The notes beneath the pieces are model-generated. The model had not been told where the DNA came from. It worked only from the letters and a program-made list of their open reading frames with translations, and made no database searches. Shown in pieces: positions 18,589-28,883 of a DNA stretch of 40,019 nucleotides. Each line of letters opens with the position of its first letter. Within the stretch, counting starts at the first letter, position 1. The stretch lies in the sequence record DRR723986_3397; one strand, written 5' to 3'. A program made the translations under genes and the position numbers.

Positions 18589-19905
18589 ATGAAATCTTTT
18601 GACCAACAGGTTCAAGAACTCAACAAAGATTGGGAAACCAACCCACGCTGGAAGCTGGTAAAGCGCGGCTACAAGGCCGAAGACGTGGTACGTCTGCGTG
18701 GTTCAGTTCAGCCAGAGTACACACTGGCCAAGCGCGGCGCTGAAAAGCTGTGGGAAAAAGTGAACGGTGGCGCCAAGAAGGGCTACGTAAACGCTTTCGG
18801 CGCAATCACTGCTGGTCAGGCCATGCAGCAAGCCAAAGCTGGTTTGGAAGCTGTTTACCTGTCAGGCTGGCAAGTTGCTGCCGACGGCAACAGCTCCGAA
18901 ACAATGTACCCCGACCAGTCACTGTACGCCTATGACTCAGTGCCAAAAATGGTTCGTCGTATCAACAACACATTCCAGCGCGCTGACGAAATTCAGTGGA
19001 AGAACATTTGCGACGGCAAGATGAAGGCCGAAGACGCAATCGATTACTTCCTGCCAATCGTTGCCGACGGTGAAGCTGGTTTCGGTGGTGTTTTGAACGC
19101 CTACGAACTGATGAAGAACATGATCGCCTCTGGCGCCGCCGGTGTTCACTTCGAAGACCAATTGGCCGCCGTGAAGAAGTGTGGTCACATGGGTGGCAAG
19201 GTGCTGGTTCCAACCGCTGAAGCCATTCAAAAGTTGATCGCTGCACGTTTGGCTGCCGACGTAATGGGTGTTCCATCCATCGTTCTAGCCCGTACCGACG
19301 CTGAAGCCGCCAACCTGCTGACTTCTGATTTCGATGAGAACGACAAGCCATTCCTGACTGGTGAGCGCACTGCCGAAGGTTTCTACCGTGTAAAGAACGG
19401 TCTGGAACAAGCCATTTCCCGCGGTATCGCCTACGCACCTTATGCTGACCTGGTATGGTGTGAAACAGGTACACCTGACATCGGTTTTGCCCGTGAATTC
19501 GCGCAGGCCGTTCTGGAAAAGAATCCAGGCAAGCTGTTGAGCTACAACTGCTCACCCTCTTTCAACTGGAAGAAAAACCTGAACGACAGCCAGATCGCTT
19601 CCTTCCAGGAAGAACTGAGCGCACTGGGCTACAAGTACCAGTTCATCACTTTGGCTGGTATCCACGTCAACTGGTACAACACATTCCAGTTTGCCCACGC
19701 ATACGCTCGTGGCGAAGGCATGAAGCACTATGTGAACATGGTTCAAGAACCTGAGTTCGCAGCACGTGAAAAAGGTTATACTTTTGTATCTCACCAGCAG
19801 GAAGTGGGCGCAGGTTACTTCGACGATGTAACTACTGTGATCCAGGGTGGCGCTTCTTCAGTAACAGCCTTGACAGGTTCTACAGAAGAAGAACAGTTCC
19901 ACTGA
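18589..19905 (+). CDS. aceA: Isocitrate lyase
   Basis: Catalytic [44 protein letters not shown]; codon bias typical of high expression. Confidence 0.99.
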   Translation: MKSFDQQVQELNKDWETNPRWKLVKRGYKAEDVVRLRGSVQPEYTLAKRGAEKLWEKVNGGAKKGYVNAFGAITAGQAMQQAKAGLEAVYLSGWQVAADGNSSETMYPDQSLYAYDSVPKMVRRINNTFQRADEIQWKNICDGKMKAEDAIDYFLPIVADGEAGFGGVLNAYELMKNMIASGAAGVHFEDQLAAVKKCGHMGGKVLVPTAEAIQKLIAARLAADVMGVPSIVLARTDAEAANLLTSDFDENDKPFLTGERTAEGFYRVKNGLEQAISRGIAYAPYADLVWCETGTPDIGFAREFAQAVLEKNPGKLLSYNCSPSFNWKKNLNDSQIASFQEELSALGYKYQFITLAGIHVNWYNTFQFAHAYARGEGMKHYVNMVQEPEFAAREKGYTFVSHQQEVGAGYFDDVTTVIQGGASSVTALTGSTEEEQFH

Positions 19906-20069
19906 TCCGCTGGTTGAACTGAATTTGTCGGCAATCTTGGCAGTCTCCCACCCCAGGAGGGGTGGATAGATTGACCGACGGAGGGGGAGAGGAGACAAGC
20001 TCAAAAAATCAATTCAAGAGTATTTTTCCCCTTGCTGAGCCTTTACAAAAGGCTCAACAGCGAGTGCTG

Positions 20070-20103
20070 AAGCCCGGTAAGAAACTTGCCGGGCTTTTTA
20101 TTT
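20070..20103 (+). terminator. Intrinsic terminator between aceA and the convergent antiporter
   Basis: AAGCCCGGTAAG-AAA-CTTGCCGGGCTT followed by TTTATTT. Confidence 0.8.
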
Positions 20104-20111
20104 GGTGCCAC

Positions 20112-21800
20112 TCAAGCTGTCTGTCTGGCCTTGATCAGGTCATGAACAATGGCGTCGCTCAAAGCGTCTTCCCATCGGTAAACATGCACATCGGGCAGCG
20201 CGTCGAGCATTTGCTTTTCCTCCTTCGAGTACGCCTGAACAAACACCTGAATCGCTGGGTTCAGCATTTTGGCGTTCTCAATCATCTGGGTCAGCCCCGG
20301 AGTATCGCCTGTGGCGATGATCAGGCTATTGGCGTTGGTGGTGTGCGCTTGAACCAAAGTCACCGGATCTGCATATTCGCCAGACACGGCAGCCTGTCCA
20401 TTCTTTCTCAGTTTGGCCACCACTTCACGGCTGGTGTCCACAATGACCATGGGTACATTTTTTTTCTTCAGTGACTTGGCAATTTTTTTACTGAGCTCCG
20501 TGTGACCTACCAGCACAACGTGTTTGCCGAGGTATTTGCCATCGGTTTGTTGAGGGAGTTCTTCCATGGTGTGGCTGCGCGCATTCAAATTGCGTACCCA
20601 TTGAAACCGTCTCACCATTCCGTCATTCAATTTTGGGATCAAAGAGAACACCACGGGGTTCAGGGCAATCGATAAAATTGCGCCCGATACAACAAGGCTT
20701 TGTACCTGAAGATCTACAAGACCGAGATACAACCCCAGCCCAATCAAGATGAAAGAGAATTCACCGATTTGAGCAAGGCTGGCCGCAATTATCAAGGCGC
20801 TTTTCAAGGGGTACTTGAACATCAATACCAGCACCCCGGCGGCCAGCGATTTGCCCAGCACAATAATTGCCACCACGGCGAGCACGCGAAGTGGGTATTC
20901 GAGGATGACGTCAAGTTGAAACAACATGCCTACAGAAACAAAAAACAGAACGGCGAAGGCATCCCGCAAGGGCAGGGACTCCTCGGCTGCGCGGTGGCTC
21001 AGTTCTGATTCCCGCATCACCATGCCTGCGAAGAAGGCGCCAAGTGCGAAGGACACATCGAACAGCCCTGCGGCAACGAAAGCGAGACTGATTGCCATTG
21101 CAATGACTGAGAGTGTGAACAATTCACGGGAACCCGTTTTCGCAATGTGCCAAAGCATCCAGGGAATCACCCGCTTGCCCACCACCAGCATCAAGCCCAT
21201 AAAAAGCGCCACCTTCACCAGAGTGAAACCAATGTCGAAGACCAGATTGGTCTCTGGATCCAGGGTTCCGCCTTTCAACAAACCTGCCAGTGGCGGAAGC
21301 AAAACCAGAATCAGTACCATGGCCAGGTCTTCAACCACCAGCCAACCCACCGCAATTTGACCGTTTGCACTGGTCAACATGCCGCGGGCTTCCAGTGCCT
21401 TCAGCAATACCACGGTGCTGGCCACTGACAATGCAAGGCCAAACACCAGGCTCTGGCCCATGGGCCAATCCCAGAAATAGGCCACTCCCATGCCAAGTAG
21501 AGTTGCGGCTGTCATTTGAACGATGGCGCCCGGCACGGCAATCTTCTTCACGGCCAGCAAATCATTGAGCGAGAAGTGCATACCCACACCGAACATGAGC
21601 AGCATTACACCGACTTCCGCCAGTTGATTGGTCAGCGCGGGGTCGGCGACAAATCCAGGTGTGGCTGGACCAATCAGAAATCCGGCGACCAGATAGCCCA
21701 ACAAGGCTGGAGCCTTCAGTTTTTCTGCAATAAAACCGAAAATGAGCGCAAGGCCAAAGCCAAATGCCAAGGTGGCAATCAGGGAAACGTCATGGGGCAT
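20112..21800 (-). CDS. CPA2/Kef-family cation:proton antiporter, YbaL-like, with C-terminal TrkA-N (RCK) domain
   Basis: MPHDVSLIATLA, LAEVGVMLLMFGVG, GWLVVEDL, LPLRDAFAVLFFVSVG, LAQIGEFSFIL; many TM helices. Confidence 0.9.
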   Translation of the reverse strand: MPHDVSLIATLAFGFGLALIFGFIAEKLKAPALLGYLVAGFLIGPATPGFVADPALTNQLAEVGVMLLMFGVGMHFSLNDLLAVKKIAVPGAIVQMTAATLLGMGVAYFWDWPMGQSLVFGLALSVASTVVLLKALEARGMLTSANGQIAVGWLVVEDLAMVLILVLLPPLAGLLKGGTLDPETNLVFDIGFTLVKVALFMGLMLVVGKRVIPWMLWHIAKTGSRELFTLSVIAMAISLAFVAAGLFDVSFALGAFFAGMVMRESELSHRAAEESLPLRDAFAVLFFVSVGMLFQLDVILEYPLRVLAVVAIIVLGKSLAAGVLVLMFKYPLKSALIIAASLAQIGEFSFILIGLGLYLGLVDLQVQSLVVSGAILSIALNPVVFSLIPKLNDGMVRRFQWVRNLNARSHTMEELPQQTDGKYLGKHVVLVGHTELSKKIAKSLKKKNVPMVIVDTSREVVAKLRKNGQAAVSGEYADPVTLVQAHTTNANSLIIATGDTPGLTQMIENAKMLNPAIQVFVQAYSKEEKQMLDALPDVHVYRWEDALSDAIVHDLIKARQTA

Positions 21801-21905
21801 GATGGGGTATTCCAAATGGTATTGTTCTAATGATAGCAAGTGCGTATGGAACACACCTGCTTCATAGACAAGGACTTGGCCCCAAAGTTGCGTAGAGAAT
21901 GCGTC

Positions 21906-23534
21906 TTATTCTGTCTTGAATACTTTGACAGCATTCATCATCGATTGCGAAACGCTCGACAAGTGTGTCGCAACTTGTGTGTTTTGCTGGGCAGCAGCCG
22001 TATTTTCTTCGGTCATTTGAGCGACACGCTCTACGTTACGGCTGATCTCTATGCTGACATTCGATTGCTCTTTCATGGACACTGCGATGGCGGCAATTGC
22101 CTCAGATACCCGATCCGAATCAGACTTGATTTTCTGGATGGTAGTGTTTACCACATCCGCTTGATTGATTCCCTCCTGCACCAATTGCACCGAGGCATCC
22201 ATCGACTTCACCGCACCTTGCGTGATGTTCTGGATTTCAAAAACCATGCTGGAGATTCTGTCCGTTGACCCTTTGGTTTGCTCAGCCAGTTTTCGCACCT
22301 CATCAGCCACCACTGCAAAGCCACGCCCCTGTTCGCCAGCACGCGCAGCTTCAATCGCTGCATTCAGGGCAAGCAGGTTGGTACGGTCTGCAATCTCGGT
22401 GATCGTGGATACGATTTCGGAAATGTCTGCCGATTGTTTCTCCAGTGTCTGGACAGCTTGCGCACTGGTTTCTACGGCCTGCGCAATTCGCTGAATGCCC
22501 GCAACCACCTCACTCAAAGTCACCATGCCATTGTCGGCCGATTCGCGTGCCGCATTGGCGGTGGCCGTGGCATCGTTTGAATTCTCGGAAATTTGAGAAA
22601 TACTGACGGTCAGCTCTTCGACTGCTGCAGCCATGGATGACGTGGCATCGGCTTGCTCCACACCCGCATTGGCCATGGTTGATGAAGATTCTTTGACCTG
22701 TGTAGCACTGCTGCTTAATTCCAGCGCAGAGTGGCGAATGCCATCAATCAGTTTCTTCAAGTTGCCCTGCGCGGTCGCCAAAGCGGCCAGCAACTGATCC
22801 ACTTCGTCTTTGTTCTGGTGGTGAATGGGGCTGTTCAATTCTCCGTTGGCCAGGGCATTGATGTGTTTGCCTGCAGTGCCCAATTTGTTGTGCAATAACT
22901 TCACCAAACTGATGGTGGCAAAAACGCCCACCACAAAGCTTGCAATCAGGGCGGCTGCCACAGACCACAAGGCCGTTTGGTATGTCGTTTCGGCCGCCTG
23001 AGTACGAACCTTCAACAAATTCAGTTCTTCTTGTTCAATCTGCCCAATCAGCTCCCGCATTTTGTCCATGATGGGTTTGCCGGACAAGGCGATGAACCGG
23101 TTCATGAACTCGGTCTGATCGATCTCCTGATTGTTCAGTGACTGGCGTAACTCAATGGTCTTCTCGATTGAAAGATTCAGCCAGTTCGAATACATGTCCC
23201 GCAGTTGGCTCAATCTCTCGGTTTGTGTCGGGTTGTCCGAAGTGAGTTTGATCGCTGCATCGAAGTGGGTGTCAATTTCCTTTTTGCCTTCGGTGTAGGG
23301 CTCCAGATAAGTGGGGTATCCCGTCACCAAAAAGCCGCGTTGACCGGTTTCGATATTGGTCATGTTTTCCCGGATCAGACCGACCTCTCGCAACACTTCA
23401 TGGGTGTGCTCATTGGCCTGAGCTCCATCCATGATTTTCTTGGCGTTGATCAGGCCCAGTGCGCCTGTGAGCAGGCCCAAGGCAATGACGAGAGCGAAGC
23501 CAAAACCGAGTTTGGCACGTATGGTATTGAACAT
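21906..23534 (-). CDS. Methyl-accepting chemotaxis protein with CHASE3 sensor domain
   Basis: TM-CHASE3 ([18 protein letters not shown]...LEPY)-TM-HAMP, then [33 protein letters not shown]. Confidence 0.95.
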   Translation of the reverse strand: MFNTIRAKLGFGFALVIALGLLTGALGLINAKKIMDGAQANEHTHEVLREVGLIRENMTNIETGQRGFLVTGYPTYLEPYTEGKKEIDTHFDAAIKLTSDNPTQTERLSQLRDMYSNWLNLSIEKTIELRQSLNNQEIDQTEFMNRFIALSGKPIMDKMRELIGQIEQEELNLLKVRTQAAETTYQTALWSVAAALIASFVVGVFATISLVKLLHNKLGTAGKHINALANGELNSPIHHQNKDEVDQLLAALATAQGNLKKLIDGIRHSALELSSSATQVKESSSTMANAGVEQADATSSMAAAVEELTVSISQISENSNDATATANAARESADNGMVTLSEVVAGIQRIAQAVETSAQAVQTLEKQSADISEIVSTITEIADRTNLLALNAAIEAARAGEQGRGFAVVADEVRKLAEQTKGSTDRISSMVFEIQNITQGAVKSMDASVQLVQEGINQADVVNTTIQKIKSDSDRVSEAIAAIAVSMKEQSNVSIEISRNVERVAQMTEENTAAAQQNTQVATHLSSVSQSMMNAVKVFKTE

Positions 23535-23575
23535 GGCACTTCCTTTGTGGTGGTTTACTTGTTGTAGTGCGCCAA

Positions 23576-23602
23576 GTATCGGCAATGTTCACAAAGTGAA
23601 GC
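23576..23602 (-). promoter_or_regulatory. Possible sigma28 (FliA) promoter of the MCP gene
   Basis: GCCGATAC -10-like octamer 42 nt before the ATG; the -35 match is poor. Confidence 0.35.
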
Positions 23603-23643
23603 ATCTCTAGTTTTGGGGGATTCCCCTTTTGAGTGCTTTGGAG

Positions 23644-26600
23644 TTAAAGCGATTCGGTGGATTGCTGACCCTGAATGTCAAGCAGTATTCGAATCAATGT
23701 CTCTTTCTTGAATGGTTTGATGACATGTTCACACATGCCAGCATTCAGAATGTCCATACGATCCTGTTCGCTGGCCGATGCAGTTACGGCGACAATCGGT
23801 GGAGCCGCGTTGCCCAGTTCCTCAAGAATTCTTGCAGTGGCCTCATAGCCATCCATTTCAGGCATTTGCAAGTCCATCAACACCATGTCATAACGCTCTG
23901 TAACACAGGCTTGCACAGCTTCTTTGCCATTTTCTGCAAGATGCACCTGTGCGCCCCATTTCTTGAGCATTTCCGAGGCCACCATACGGTTTAGTTTGTG
24001 GTCGTCAACGACAAGCACCCGCTTGTTCAACATGGGTGGAACGGAAGGGCCCGTTTCCGCAGGCGCTGTCTGGGTTTGCAATTTCAGGGCCTGCTGATCC
24101 TCTGCCCGGATCTGGAATTCCGGTTCTATGCAATCCACCGTGAAATGGAAGGTGGTACCCAAACCTGGTGTGCTTTCTACCCAAATTTGTCCGCCCATCA
24201 ACTCAACCAGATTTTTACAGATCGACAGGCCCAGACCAGCGCCACCATAGCGGCGTGAGGAGCTGTCATCGACCTGGCTGAAAGGCTGGAAGAGGGCTGC
24301 GCACTGTTCCTCGTTCATGCCAATGCCAGTGTCTTTCACACTGAACTGCAACTGCCTGCCGTTGGCCACGCTTTGAACCTGCAAATGAATCCGTCCCTTG
24401 TCGGTGAACTTCAAGGCATTGGACAGCAGATTGTTCAAAATTTGCGCCAGGCGCAGTCGGTCACCTTTCAGGCTGACGGGACAGTTTGCGTCTTTGGTGC
24501 AATACAGTTGAATTGCTTTTTCTTCGGCCCTGTACGCAAACAAATCGGTGGCTTTGCTCAGTACCTGATCCAACAGGAAACGGTTGTGGCTGAGTTCCAG
24601 TTTGTTGGCTTCAACCCTTGAAATATCCAGAATATCGTTCAACACGTTCAGCAATACATCGGCTGCCGAGCCGATTTTGCTGAGGTAGTCGCGTTGCTTG
24701 GCTTGCAGTTCGGTGTCTTCCAGTAATTGCAGCAAGCCTACGATTGCATTCATGGGGGTACGTATTTCATGGCTCATATTGGCCAGAAAAGCGCCTTTTG
24801 CCTTGCTCGCGGCCTCGGCCTGTTGAGTGCGCTCGGTGAGTACGTGGTTGATCCGTTCTAGCTCGCGTTGTTGGGCCTTGAAGTCGGTAATGTTCGTCGA
24901 AATCGAGAAGAAGCCCTCAACCTTGCCGTACAGTACATCCGGAATCAAATGCACCAGCATGTCGGCATAGCCACCAGAGGGCAAGGGTTTTCGTCGCTCA
25001 AAACGCTGCTTCTCTCCTTTCAGTACACCCAGCACATAGTGGTGATCATGAATGAACAGTTCTTCACCCAGCACCTTGCGCATGTGCTGGCCTCGCATTT
25101 TGTCTGCTGGAATATTCGACCATTTTTCATGGTTGCGGTTTGCAAAATGGCAACGCAAATCCGTACTCCAGTACGACACCAATCCCGGCAAACATTCAGA
25201 CAAAGTTCGCAGAAAATGCTCCCGCTCAATCAGCGTGGCCTCATTTCGTTTGCGCTCTGATATGTCTTGAATCTGGGAAATAAAGTAGATCACCCGACCT
25301 TTGTCATTGCGCACTGCCGAGACCGACAGGTGAACCCACACCACATGCCCTTCTTTGTGAATGTAGCGTTTTTCAAGTTGATAATTGTGACGACGCCCCT
25401 TGAGTACATCGCGCACCAGATGGGTGTGCTGCATGGTGTCTTGAGGGTGCGTAATCGCGTCAAAACTAAACCCCAGCAATTCCTCTTCGCTGTAACCAAG
25501 AATGTCAGAGAGTGCTTTGTTGACCTGTAAAAACTGACCCTTGAAGTCCAGCATCGCCATGCCGATTGCCGCCCATTCAAACGAGGAACGGAATCTGGCC
25601 TCGGCCTCACGCAAAGCGTCTTCAAACTGGCGCTGTACAGTCACATCCACATTCACCCCAATCATTCGGAATGGAATGCCTTTGGCGTTTCTGTGGGTTT
25701 TCGCGCGGGCCTGAATGTTGCGAATGCGCCCATCGCTCGCCCGGCGAATGTTGAAGTTGAATTGAAAGGTGTCCTGGTTTTTTGAAGCTTCGAGCAACAC
25801 AGTACCCAGCTTGTTGACATCCTCAGGGACCACATAATTCAGCCACTCTTTGTACGAAACGAGTTCCTGTTCATCTTTCACGCCGTAGATTTTGCGCATG
25901 GCACTGTCCCAGCGAATGAACTTGTCCTGGATGTTGTATTCCCAAACTCCAATACCCGCGCTCTCCGTGGCGAGTTGAAAACGCTCATCATTGAATTGCT
26001 GGTCGGCTTTGGCTTTTTCTCTCGCCAACACCTGTTGGGCCTGATAGGTCATGCTGGCTTTCACCATCAGCACCGCCAATATGCAAAAGGCAACGTAACC
26101 CAGAAACAGACTGATGGTCTGCTCCCGCCACTGCGCCTTCATGGGCGCTGCATCCGCCCAAGTGATCAGGTAGAGGGGAATGGGCGTGTTTAACTGATCC
26201 GAATTGGCCAGTGACAGGCTTGCAAAATAATGATCCTTGAACAACCCATGCTCAACTAAATTTCTTGCAGCCTGTGGTGTATCAGCCAGCGATCGAAAAG
26301 ATTCAAAGTAGGGCAATTGTTTGCCCACAATCTGGCTGAATTCCGGTTGAATCAATAAAACAGTGCCGTCTTTATAAGCCAACCCACTGCGCATGTGCTC
26401 GCTTAGCTGAAGGGATGAAATTTTGCGCTCCAGGTAGCGGGCATTGAATCGGCCTTGAATGACACCCAGCATCTCGCCCCGAGTGTCTTTGATCTGGTAG
26501 TTGACAACCAGCACCAATTGCCTGTCGTCGTTGAACCCATGGGAGAACGAGACCAGCCTCTCGTTGTGCAGCAGCCGTGCATTCGGGGTGAAGTCAGCTT

Positions 26601-27021
26601 TGGTGTTGATAAGGTGTTTGTCTACTCCGGTTTGCCCCAAAATATTGCCGACCGAGTCTCTGGCAATAATGGTTTCCATGGCGGGCAAGGCGCTTTTCAA
26701 CAACTCAAGTCGCTTGTGGATGTTGGTGCTGTTGTTGACTTCAATATTGTCTGAGAGCTGTAAGGTGGCTTCATCAAATGACCGGACAATTGCACTGAAC
26801 TCATCGTGCAGAATATCGTGAAGCAATCGTAGCTGAGTCTGCGTATTGTGTTCAGCTGAATCGTTGATGCGTCGCAAGTCTGCGGCGGCCATCGCAAGCA
26901 AAGCAAGGCCAAGCACGCAGAGCATGGCTGCGGCGAGAATCCATTGATATCGGATTTTGCTTGTAGTCAACTGATACGACCTGTGGCAAGTGGAAAAAGG
27001 GGAGCTGATTCTTCGGGGCAT
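23644..27021 (-). CDS. Membrane hybrid sensor histidine kinase (periplasmic sensor, three PAS, HisKA, HATPase, REC); start uncertain
   Basis: FLANMSHEIRTPMN, QILNNLLSNALKFT, DTGIG, GAGLGLSI, receiver LMDLQMPEMDG; two TM segments. Confidence 0.93.
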   Translation of the reverse strand: MPRRISSPFSTCHRSYQLTTSKIRYQWILAAAMLCVLGLALLAMAAADLRRINDSAEHNTQTQLRLLHDILHDEFSAIVRSFDEATLQLSDNIEVNNSTNIHKRLELLKSALPAMETIIARDSVGNILGQTGVDKHLINTKADFTPNARLLHNERLVSFSHGFNDDRQLVLVVNYQIKDTRGEMLGVIQGRFNARYLERKISSLQLSEHMRSGLAYKDGTVLLIQPEFSQIVGKQLPYFESFRSLADTPQAARNLVEHGLFKDHYFASLSLANSDQLNTPIPLYLITWADAAPMKAQWREQTISLFLGYVAFCILAVLMVKASMTYQAQQVLAREKAKADQQFNDERFQLATESAGIGVWEYNIQDKFIRWDSAMRKIYGVKDEQELVSYKEWLNYVVPEDVNKLGTVLLEASKNQDTFQFNFNIRRASDGRIRNIQARAKTHRNAKGIPFRMIGVNVDVTVQRQFEDALREAEARFRSSFEWAAIGMAMLDFKGQFLQVNKALSDILGYSEEELLGFSFDAITHPQDTMQHTHLVRDVLKGRRHNYQLEKRYIHKEGHVVWVHLSVSAVRNDKGRVIYFISQIQDISERKRNEATLIEREHFLRTLSECLPGLVSYWSTDLRCHFANRNHEKWSNIPADKMRGQHMRKVLGEELFIHDHHYVLGVLKGEKQRFERRKPLPSGGYADMLVHLIPDVLYGKVEGFFSISTNITDFKAQQRELERINHVLTERTQQAEAASKAKGAFLANMSHEIRTPMNAIVGLLQLLEDTELQAKQRDYLSKIGSAADVLLNVLNDILDISRVEANKLELSHNRFLLDQVLSKATDLFAYRAEEKAIQLYCTKDANCPVSLKGDRLRLAQILNNLLSNALKFTDKGRIHLQVQSVANGRQLQFSVKDTGIGMNEEQCAALFQPFSQVDDSSSRRYGGAGLGLSICKNLVELMGGQIWVESTPGLGTTFHFTVDCIEPEFQIRAEDQQALKLQTQTAPAETGPSVPPMLNKRVLVVDDHKLNRMVASEMLKKWGAQVHLAENGKEAVQACVTERYDMVLMDLQMPEMDGYEATARILEELGNAAPPIVAVTASASEQDRMDILNAGMCEHVIKPFKKETLIRILLDIQGQQSTESL

Positions 27022-27107
27022 ATCACCCCACAGCTATTTTGTTACACCTGCCCGCGCATCAATTCGAGGATTAAAGGGGCCTTTTCGCGGTTTATTGCCC
27101 TCAAGTT

Positions 27108-28010
27108 TCAGGTATTCCAGTAAGAGTCAACGCTGTAGCGGTGTTTCAGAAAATCGATCCACAAACGCACGCGCAAGGGGAGGTGCCTTCTTTGAGGGAA
27201 TACGGCGTAAATGGCATTCGGAGGTGCAATAAACTCGTCCAGCACCGTCACGAGACTTCCATTGCGAAGATGTGGTTGAACTTCCCATCGGCTTCGCCAC
27301 GCCAGGCCAGCATCGTTCAAAGCCCAGTCCAGAATGGATGAACCATCATTGCAAGAGAGGCTGCCGCTTACCCGGATGGACGTTGCCTCACCGTTGATGG
27401 TGAAGAGCCAACCGCCTGGTGCGCCCGAGCTCACCAGGTTCAGGCAGTTGTGATTCACCAGATCGCCCGGATGCATCGGGCAGCCGTGGCGCTGAAGGTA
27501 GGTGGGAGTGGCCACCACCAGTCTCTGGTTGTCGGCCAGTTTTACACCCACCAGGCTGGAATCGGGCAATACACCAATTCTTACAGCACAGTCCATGTTT
27601 TCGTTTAATAGATCGACTACCCGGTCTGAGAGGTCGAGTGACACAGTGACTTCCGGATGTTCTCGCACAAAATCATGCACCAAAGGGGCCACATGCTGCC
27701 TTCCAAATCCGCCTGGTGCGGACACGCGAAGGTGTCCACTGGCTTTGATTCCACCCAGACTGACGCTGGCCTCAGCATTGGCCAGGTCATTCAATATTCG
27801 CTGGCAGTCTTCAAGGAATGCCGAGCCCTCATAGGTCAGATTCAAAGTCCGGGTGGTGCGAAGCAATAGTTTGACCCCCAAGCGCTCCTCCAGTGCATCC
27901 AGTCTTCGGCTGATTACCGCGGGTGCTACGCCTTCTTCTCTGGCCGCGGCCGAAAGACTGCCCTTGGTCGCCACGGCAGCAAAGGTGGTGATTTGTTTGA
28001 AGTGGTCCAT
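27108..28010 (-). CDS. LysR family regulator (CrgA/DmlR-like)
   Basis: GSLSAAARE...LEERLGVKLLLRTTR HTH; DRVVDL..DCAVRIG substrate-binding domain. Confidence 0.95.
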   Translation of the reverse strand: MDHFKQITTFAAVATKGSLSAAAREEGVAPAVISRRLDALEERLGVKLLLRTTRTLNLTYEGSAFLEDCQRILNDLANAEASVSLGGIKASGHLRVSAPGGFGRQHVAPLVHDFVREHPEVTVSLDLSDRVVDLLNENMDCAVRIGVLPDSSLVGVKLADNQRLVVATPTYLQRHGCPMHPGDLVNHNCLNLVSSGAPGGWLFTINGEATSIRVSGSLSCNDGSSILDWALNDAGLAWRSRWEVQPHLRNGSLVTVLDEFIAPPNAIYAVFPQRRHLPLRVRLWIDFLKHRYSVDSYWNT

Positions 28011-28113
28011 GTTTTTGCTTAAAAGGTAAAAATGTATTCAATTAACCGAAAGAGTACGGTGGTTTTATTCAATAAACTAGAGATTAATCCATGTGAATGT
28101 CGAGGTACGAGCA

Positions 28114-28782
28114 ATGGCGACTCCCCAATTGGTTCTTTTTGATGCCTATGGCACCCTGTTTGATGTGTATTCCGTGTCCAGTACCGCCGAACAAATTTTT
28201 CCTGGTCATGGATCTGCGCTTTCAGTGTTGTGGCGTGACAAGCAGATTGAATACACCCGCCTGCGCGCCATGGCCGGACGTTACAAACCTTTTTGGGATA
28301 TCACCATTGATGCGTTGCGATACGCCTGCGAGGTGCTAAAACTCGATTTGACAGAAGAACGGCAACGTCGGTTGTTGAATGTGTATTCAAGTCTGGCCGC
28401 CTATCCGGAAAACCGAGCGGTTTTGCAGGCACTCAAAGACCGTGGAATCAAAACTGCAATTCTGTCCAATGGCAATACAGAGATGTTGAATGTGGCCGTA
28501 CGTGGCGCCAACTTTCAGGATTTGCTGGATGCGGTGTTGTCAGTCGATGCGCTGCAAACCTTCAAAATTCATGGTTCTGTCTATCAAATGGGCCTTGATC
28601 ACTTCGGTGTAAGGGCTGCGGATGCGCTGTTCGTCTCCAGCAATTGTTGGGACGCCTGCGGTGCTGCCTGGTTTGGTTTACCAACTCTATGGGTGAACCG
28701 CGCTGGCTTACCTTTGGAGCGGTTGGATGTCGAGCCCATGGCCACGGGTCGGAATTTGAACGATGTCTTGTCCCTCGTATGA
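28114..28782 (+). CDS. Haloacid dehalogenase type II (HAD family)
   Basis: FDAYGTLFDV, WRDKQIEYT, ILSNG, FVSSNCWD, WVNR. Confidence 0.92.
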   Translation: MATPQLVLFDAYGTLFDVYSVSSTAEQIFPGHGSALSVLWRDKQIEYTRLRAMAGRYKPFWDITIDALRYACEVLKLDLTEERQRRLLNVYSSLAAYPENRAVLQALKDRGIKTAILSNGNTEMLNVAVRGANFQDLLDAVLSVDALQTFKIHGSVYQMGLDHFGVRAADALFVSSNCWDACGAAWFGLPTLWVNRAGLPLERLDVEPMATGRNLNDVLSLV

Positions 28783-28883
28783 GGGAGTGGTGGTCCCGGT
28801 TTTTGCCAGCAACCCAGAATCATGTCACTGTGGTGAAAAAATACTGTCAATCCTTGTCTTGAATTCAAGCAAAGGAAGTTGTA

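Noticed and set aside
28822-28860. TGTCA repeats upstream of the 622-aa orphan as a Pho box
   Set aside because: Two heptamers are 22 bp apart but the middle unit matches poorly; too weak to call
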